Shown: piece after piece, positions 26,298 to 30,430 of the stretch
Layout: each line of letters begins with the position of its first letter
Position numbering within the stretch: the stretch's first letter is position 1
Program-made: the position numbers and the translations under genes
DNA from: a candidate division WOR-3 bacterium
GTDB lineage: Bacteria > Hydrothermota > Hydrothermia > B15-G9
Assembly (NCBI GenBank): GCA_027064565.1
Contig: JAMOPK010000364.1
Location: 1-30,430, forward strand
Length of the DNA: 30,430 nucleotides
Direction: 5' to 3'
Notes under the pieces: generated by a model
What the model saw: only the letters and a program-made list of their open reading frames with translations
Database searches by the model: none
What the model was told of the DNA's origin: nothing

Positions 26298-26420
26298 AAC
26301 AAATTGCAAAGGAGAGTCTTAGCTTTTTTCTTATAAACAATTTGAATTTAACTTTGCTTTGCTTTATTTTCTCTCCAGAAAATTTGTAAAAGTCTCGAAA
26401 AAACGCAAGGAGGAGGCAAA

Positions 26421-26834
26421 ATGGTTTACAGGGAACACAACGGTTTGATTGTAGTGAGGCTCGATAATGGAGAAAAATTCCCTGAAACGATAAGCAAATT
26501 ATTCGATGAAATACCTTACATGGAAAGCGGCGTGGTGGTGTCAGCACTTGGCATGCTAAACGAATTCGAATTGGGATACTTCCATGAAGGACAATATGTT
26601 ATTGATCGTTTTGATACCCCGATGGAACTCCTGTCGATAAATGGGAGTATTGCCCGCAATGCCGAGCCGTGGTATCACATGCATGCAGTTCTTGGAAAAA
26701 AAGATAAATCCACGGTAGGTGGCCACTTGTTCGGCGGCACTGTTTGGGGTACTCTTGAGCTTTTTGTCCTTGCTTCGGACGTAAGACTTGGCCGTATTCA
26801 AAAAGGGCCATTAAAAGTCCTTGACATCATGTAA
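26421..26834 (+). CDS. PPC-domain (DUF296) protein
   Basis: 137 aa; VVRLDNGE, SALGML, MELLSINGSI, WYHMHAVLG, VGGHL, TLELFV; strong RBS. Confidence 0.88.
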   Translation: MVYREHNGLIVVRLDNGEKFPETISKLFDEIPYMESGVVVSALGMLNEFELGYFHEGQYVIDRFDTPMELLSINGSIARNAEPWYHMHAVLGKKDKSTVGGHLFGGTVWGTLELFVLASDVRLGRIQKGPLKVLDIM

Positions 26835-26855
26835 GTTATAAAAGGAGGAACAACG

Positions 26856-27446
26856 TTGATCGTAGATATTGGCGAAAAAGTTATAAAACTCAAGGTGTTG
26901 TATTACGGGCCGCCTGAATCGGGCAAATCCACAAATCTGCTTTACATCAACGAAAAATTTAAGGGAAAGAATCTTGGACTGAAAGAGCTGGAAACTGCTG
27001 GCCAGAAGCACCTGTCTCTAATCCTCGCTCCTCCCGGCCTTGAAAAACTACGCAGTTTCACGGTTTGGACGGAACTCTACACTGTTCCGAGCAATCCCGA
27101 ATACAAAACTGCGAGAAGGATTTTGCTCAGAAATGTGGATGCGGTGGTTTTCGTGGCAGATTCTAAAATAGAACGCACAAACGAAAACTTCCAGATGATT
27201 GTCGATCTCAAGGATAACCTGACAGCTTACGGGCTGGAGACATCCGATATCTTCATCCTGATGCAATATAACAAACGTGATTTACCGGATGCCGCCCCAA
27301 TCCCATATCTGCAGAGGGTTCTTAACGGAAGTTTAAAAGCTCCTTATACCGAAGCTATTGCTATACAGGGTGTCGGAGTCATAGAATCCCTCAACATGGT
27401 TTTTGAAAAACTCATTGAGTCGTTAAAAACCAAATATGGTTCTTAG
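26856..27446 (+). CDS. MglA-like small GTPase with degenerate switch residues
   Basis: 196 aa, TTG start with AGGAGG; KVLYYGPPESGKSTNL, LYTVP, VDAVVFVADS, QYNKRDLP, GVGV align end to end with Myxococcus MglA. Confidence 0.88.
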   Translation: MIVDIGEKVIKLKVLYYGPPESGKSTNLLYINEKFKGKNLGLKELETAGQKHLSLILAPPGLEKLRSFTVWTELYTVPSNPEYKTARRILLRNVDAVVFVADSKIERTNENFQMIVDLKDNLTAYGLETSDIFILMQYNKRDLPDAAPIPYLQRVLNGSLKAPYTEAIAIQGVGVIESLNMVFEKLIESLKTKYGS

Positions 27447-27470
27447 ACATAAATTTTTTAGAGCGAAGAT

Positions 27471-28259
27471 TCAGAGGCCATATTTTGAAGCGATCTCAGC
27501 AAGTTCCTTTTTGAATTTTGCCCTTGATTCCTCCGGGACCTCCTGAGCAAGCAACTCTATGAGTTGAGGGATTTTGTTTTTCGGGAAAGCGCTCTCTTTT
27601 TCGCCCAACTGCATGATCTTTTCGCTCATGATAATTCCGGAGATCGGGCCGATGTATTCGGTAAATTTTTTCATAATCTCATCCATAAGTCTCTTGTCGG
27701 CAACTTCATCGGGGGATCTGAATTTCTGCACTTTGACAAGGCCAAGGGATATCAACCTTTTGATTGCCTTAAAGACTTCGATCTCGCTTATCCCCAGTTT
27801 CGCAGCTATATCCTTGATCCTGGATTTCCCGTCTATCTGAGCAAGAATTTTCCACTCGGTAGCGCTGAGTTTCAGTTCTTCATTGGCCGCAGAAGCACCC
27901 TCGGTGAACACCGGAACGGCAAAGGGATCCAGCGCTTCTTTAATGTCTTGCAATTCATCGAGTTTGACCGAGAGGTCAAGAATGATGCTCTCTATGTCTT
28001 CGTTAATTGTGGTCTTAGGCGCCTCAACGTTGGGTGAGAACTCAAAAGTGCCTTCATTCCAGAGATACATGAGGAAAAGGGCATCTTTACCTTCCACACT
28101 GCCTGTCACAGCATGGACAACGTTTCCCTTACTAAAATAGATCTCCCCTTTGTCCTCACCGTGGTTCAACTCAAGTTTACCGGTGAGGCGTGAGTGATGG
28201 ATCAGCTCAAGGATGTCTATAAGCTTTATATCTGCTAAATTCCCGGTTATTACAGGCAT
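27471..28259 (-). CDS. DUF4388 (PatA_N-like) protein with winged helix and C-terminal helical domain
   Basis: GNLADIKLIDILELI...LTGKLEL...GEIYFSKGNVVHA...WNEGTFEF; wHTH-like EWKILAQIDGKSRIKDIAAKLG...LISLGLV; C-terminal YIGPISGIIM. Start set at ATG 28259 after GAGGTG. Confidence 0.85.
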   Translation of the reverse strand: MPVITGNLADIKLIDILELIHHSRLTGKLELNHGEDKGEIYFSKGNVVHAVTGSVEGKDALFLMYLWNEGTFEFSPNVEAPKTTINEDIESIILDLSVKLDELQDIKEALDPFAVPVFTEGASAANEELKLSATEWKILAQIDGKSRIKDIAAKLGISEIEVFKAIKRLISLGLVKVQKFRSPDEVADKRLMDEIMKKFTEYIGPISGIIMSEKIMQLGEKESAFPKNKIPQLIELLAQEVPEESRAKFKKELAEIASKYGL

Positions 28260-28279
28260 ATTCACCTCTTGGCTTAATG

Positions 28280-29449
28280 TTACCTTGCTATTATAACGGA
28301 TTTTCCGCGTCTGACCTGGGCGATATAAATTTTCCTGATGGCATCACCTCTGGAATCAAAGGATATGGTGCCGGTAACCCCACGGTATGGAGGTATGGCC
28401 CTACCTACCACTGCAAGGTAACGTCTCACGTTCTCTCTACCAACGCCGTTTTCCTGAAGAGCGGTCAGCACGAGTTTAGCGGCATCATAAGCAAAAGCGG
28501 CCCATGCCGAAGGTTCGAATCCGTATTTTGCCCTGTATCTCGCTACAAAGGTCTTGTAAGCTTGAGTGTTAGGATCGACGAATTCAGTATGATAGACCCC
28601 TTCAGCGTGGCGGCCAGCCAATTTCTTGAAACTCTGAGGAATACACCCATCGCCTCCGAGTTTCTTGATTCTCCTCAAGCCAACAGAATCAGCTGCGATA
28701 AAAGTCTCGGCAGACGTTATGGGGATACCAGCAACAAACAACAAATCAGGATTACTGTTTTTGACATTGGTAAGTTCAACGTAAAGATTCGTAATCCCTC
28801 TCTGATATGGTATTCTTGCCACAACTTTTCCACCGAGTGAAGTGAATTCTCGTATGAAGAAGTAGGAAAGACCGCGACCATAGTCATCATTGTCAAAAAC
28901 CACAACCACACGTCTCGCCCCAAGGCTTGTGAAAGCGAATTGAGCAAGTCTTCTGCCCTGAAATGCGTCACTGGGTACCACACGGAATATGTATCTACCG
29001 GCTTGACTGATCCTCGGGCTTGTAGAAGCGGGAGAGATCGCCACAAGACGATATCTGTTATACATCAAAGCTCCAGCAAGAGTCGCAGAACTGTTGTAAT
29101 GGCCAACAACAGCCATGACAGCAGGATCACGCCCGAACATTCTGGCAACTTTCAAAGCCTTGTTCCTGTTGGCCTGGTCGTCTCCTTTTACCACCGCTAT
29201 GCTCAGGCCCTGTATGCCACCAGCAAGGTTCACTTCGTCCACGGCCATCTTCACACCGTTGTAGATATGTTCAGGTTCGGGCGCCATTGATGCCACACTA
29301 AACGGGGCAGCCACCCCGATTTTTATAAGTTTCAACTGAGAGACAACGCCATCGTATACCGTGGTCGATGGCATAGCTGTCAGTATGGTTGCGGCGAACA
29401 CCGCAATTAGGAAAGCAAAAACAAAACCGAATCCCAATCTCTTAATCAT
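28280..29449 (-). CDS. LivJ/Peripla_BP_6-type periplasmic ligand-binding protein (no transporter genes nearby)
   Basis: KIGVAAP, AVDEVNLAGGI, DDQA, VVGHYNSS, YIFRVVPSDAFQG, DDYGRGL, YDAA, GVTGTISFD. Start set at ATG 29449 after GGGAGGT; N-terminal hydrophobic signal/anchor with no lipobox. Confidence 0.88.
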   Translation of the reverse strand: MIKRLGFGFVFAFLIAVFAATILTAMPSTTVYDGVVSQLKLIKIGVAAPFSVASMAPEPEHIYNGVKMAVDEVNLAGGIQGLSIAVVKGDDQANRNKALKVARMFGRDPAVMAVVGHYNSSATLAGALMYNRYRLVAISPASTSPRISQAGRYIFRVVPSDAFQGRRLAQFAFTSLGARRVVVVFDNDDYGRGLSYFFIREFTSLGGKVVARIPYQRGITNLYVELTNVKNSNPDLLFVAGIPITSAETFIAADSVGLRRIKKLGGDGCIPQSFKKLAGRHAEGVYHTEFVDPNTQAYKTFVARYRAKYGFEPSAWAAFAYDAAKLVLTALQENGVGRENVRRYLAVVGRAIPPYRGVTGTISFDSRGDAIRKIYIAQVRRGKSVIIAR

Positions 29450-29466
29450 ATTGGTTACCTCCCTCA

Positions 29467-30195
29467 TTATCTACGAAGCCTTTCGATTGCAAGTTGCAAA
29501 CTACGAGCCATCCTTTCGATGGCCTGTGCAAGTTCGCCGATCTCATCATTGGATCTGACGTCGATTTTTACGTCAAAATCACCCATGCTTATCTTGTTGG
29601 CAACTTCCGTCAAGTGAACGATAGGATTGACGATGCTGTTAGCGAATATGATTGCCATTGCGATTCCGCCGAGGAGCACGATGAGCACTATAACGAACAG
29701 GGATTTCATGATCTGATTAACCTGTTTCTTCACACGCAAAAGCGAGATGCCGACTCTTATAGTCCCAAGTTCACCTCCCAGGATGGGCACGGCAATATCA
29801 ATGTAAGGAATCCCTCTGTAAATCACTTTGGCGATCTTGAGAGTATCGCCTGTCTGCGGGATATTAGCCTTGACAAATTTGTCCGAAACATTCTCAGTTT
29901 GGAAAGTATGTGCGAGCAAATTGCCTTGATCATCCTCAATCAGAACGTAGTCGACGTCTCCCGAGGACTGAACTCGGTCAACCAGCTCATATAAACTTGC
30001 TTCGTCCATGTTAAGTATGGGGTTCTCAGCGGATTTCGCTGCCTGCTGAGCCAGGATTATACCTCGTCTCTGCAGCTCTTTCTCGAAGAATCCTCTAACA
30101 ACACTGTTGATATAAAGAGCTATGATTACAGAAAGACCAATAATTAGCACGACCACCATTCCGATCACTTTCCATCTCAAGCTCACTTTTTTCAT
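29467..30195 (-). CDS. Membrane receptor TM - Cache-like - TM - HAMP with no output domain
   Basis: 242 aa from ATG 30195 (AAGGAGG RBS); two TM helices; extracytoplasmic VDYVLIEDDQGNLLAHT...IAVPI...GTIRVGIS; HAMP PIVHLTEVANKISMGD...DEIGELAQAIERM; ends SLQLAIERLRR then TAA TGA. Confidence 0.9.
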   Translation of the reverse strand: MKKVSLRWKVIGMVVVLIIGLSVIIALYINSVVRGFFEKELQRRGIILAQQAAKSAENPILNMDEASLYELVDRVQSSGDVDYVLIEDDQGNLLAHTFQTENVSDKFVKANIPQTGDTLKIAKVIYRGIPYIDIAVPILGGELGTIRVGISLLRVKKQVNQIMKSLFVIVLIVLLGGIAMAIIFANSIVNPIVHLTEVANKISMGDFDVKIDVRSNDEIGELAQAIERMARSLQLAIERLRR

Positions 30196-30291
30196 CGTGC
30201 CCTCCTTTGTTGACAAAGTTTAAAGTTGCCGAAATTTTAAGTCAATCAAACATGCTCAACCATAACAGAAACAATCAAATGTGTCATAATG

Positions 30292-30321
30292 AGTATACCT
30301 GAGGAAAAACAACAAAATCAA
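30292..30321 (-). promoter_or_regulatory. Probable sigma-70 promoter of the HAMP-SBP-DUF4388 operon
   Basis: On the - strand: TTGATT (30321-30316), 18 nt, TATACT (30297-30292). Confidence 0.55.
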
Positions 30322-30344
30322 GCGACCTGAGGCTATTTGCCGTT

Positions 30345-30373
30345 TTGTTTGTGATAGAAAACTTTGTTAAAAT
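30345..30373 (+). promoter_or_regulatory. Possible divergent promoter for a gene starting just beyond the window
   Basis: TTGTTT, 17 nt, TAAAAT with an extended -10 TG; AGGAGG near 30415-30420 followed by ...AAAAT at the window edge. Confidence 0.45.
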
Positions 30374-30430
30374 TTAAACCTCCTGCTGGAACACTCACTA
30401 TAAATCTACCCAACAGGAGGTGGAAAAAAT

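Noticed and set aside
29455-29475. Stop-codon read-through or frameshift fusing the HAMP protein to the binding protein
   Set aside because: Double stop, no slippery or SECIS-like signal, and the downstream gene has its own RBS and signal sequence, which would be topologically incompatible with a fusion.
162-29994. Numerous opposite-strand and alternate-frame ORFs in the supplied track (e.g. 576-1418, 11301-12416, 19379-19909, 28277-28840)
   Set aside because: All lie over well-supported genes, lack family motifs and RBSs, and are expected shadows in moderately GC-rich DNA.
30205-30218. Palindrome CTTTGT-TG-ACAAAG next to the HAMP gene RBS
   Set aside because: Only 6 bp in AT-rich DNA with no second copy seen; plausible by chance.

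Overview
Bacterial chromosomal window with mostly recognisable genes; no CRISPR array, rRNA or intact mobile element was found. Left to right: (1) a minus-strand run nfi-fabG-pilB-pilT-pilC-pilS-pilR-purB, i.e. type IV pilus motor, platform and two-component regulator without pilA; (2) a collapsed DNA-methyltransferase/restriction relic; (3) fadD-like ligase and miaA; (4) a plus-strand pair: a 1121-aa signal-peptide-bearing protein built like a phage tail fibre (Ala/Ser-X-X shaft, 23 x 15-aa beta-roll repeats, C-terminal S74-type chaperone with a broken cleavage motif), translationally coupled to a small protein that is mostly a T9SS-A/FlgD-like sorting domain; (5) a convergent gingipain-like C25 protease with the same type of tail, downstream of tRNA-Pro(CGG); (6) an IS481-like relic; (7) a Na+-type V/A-ATPase operon (G/H-I-K-E-C-F) that stops before A, B and D; (8) a PPC/DUF296 gene and an MglA-like GTPase with its catalytic residues substituted, converging on an operon of an output-less HAMP membrane receptor, an orphan LivJ-type binding protein and a DUF4388-wHTH protein. 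The two strongest candidates for undescribed systems are this HAMP/SBP/DUF4388/pseudo-GTPase signalling module and the fibre plus sorting-domain partner pair. Also noted: two apparently leaderless operon starts and a 12-bp motif at equivalent positions upstream of two promoters. The gene content would fit a WOR-3-like diderm lineage, but that is inference only. All family assignments come from motif recognition by eye; no searches were run.
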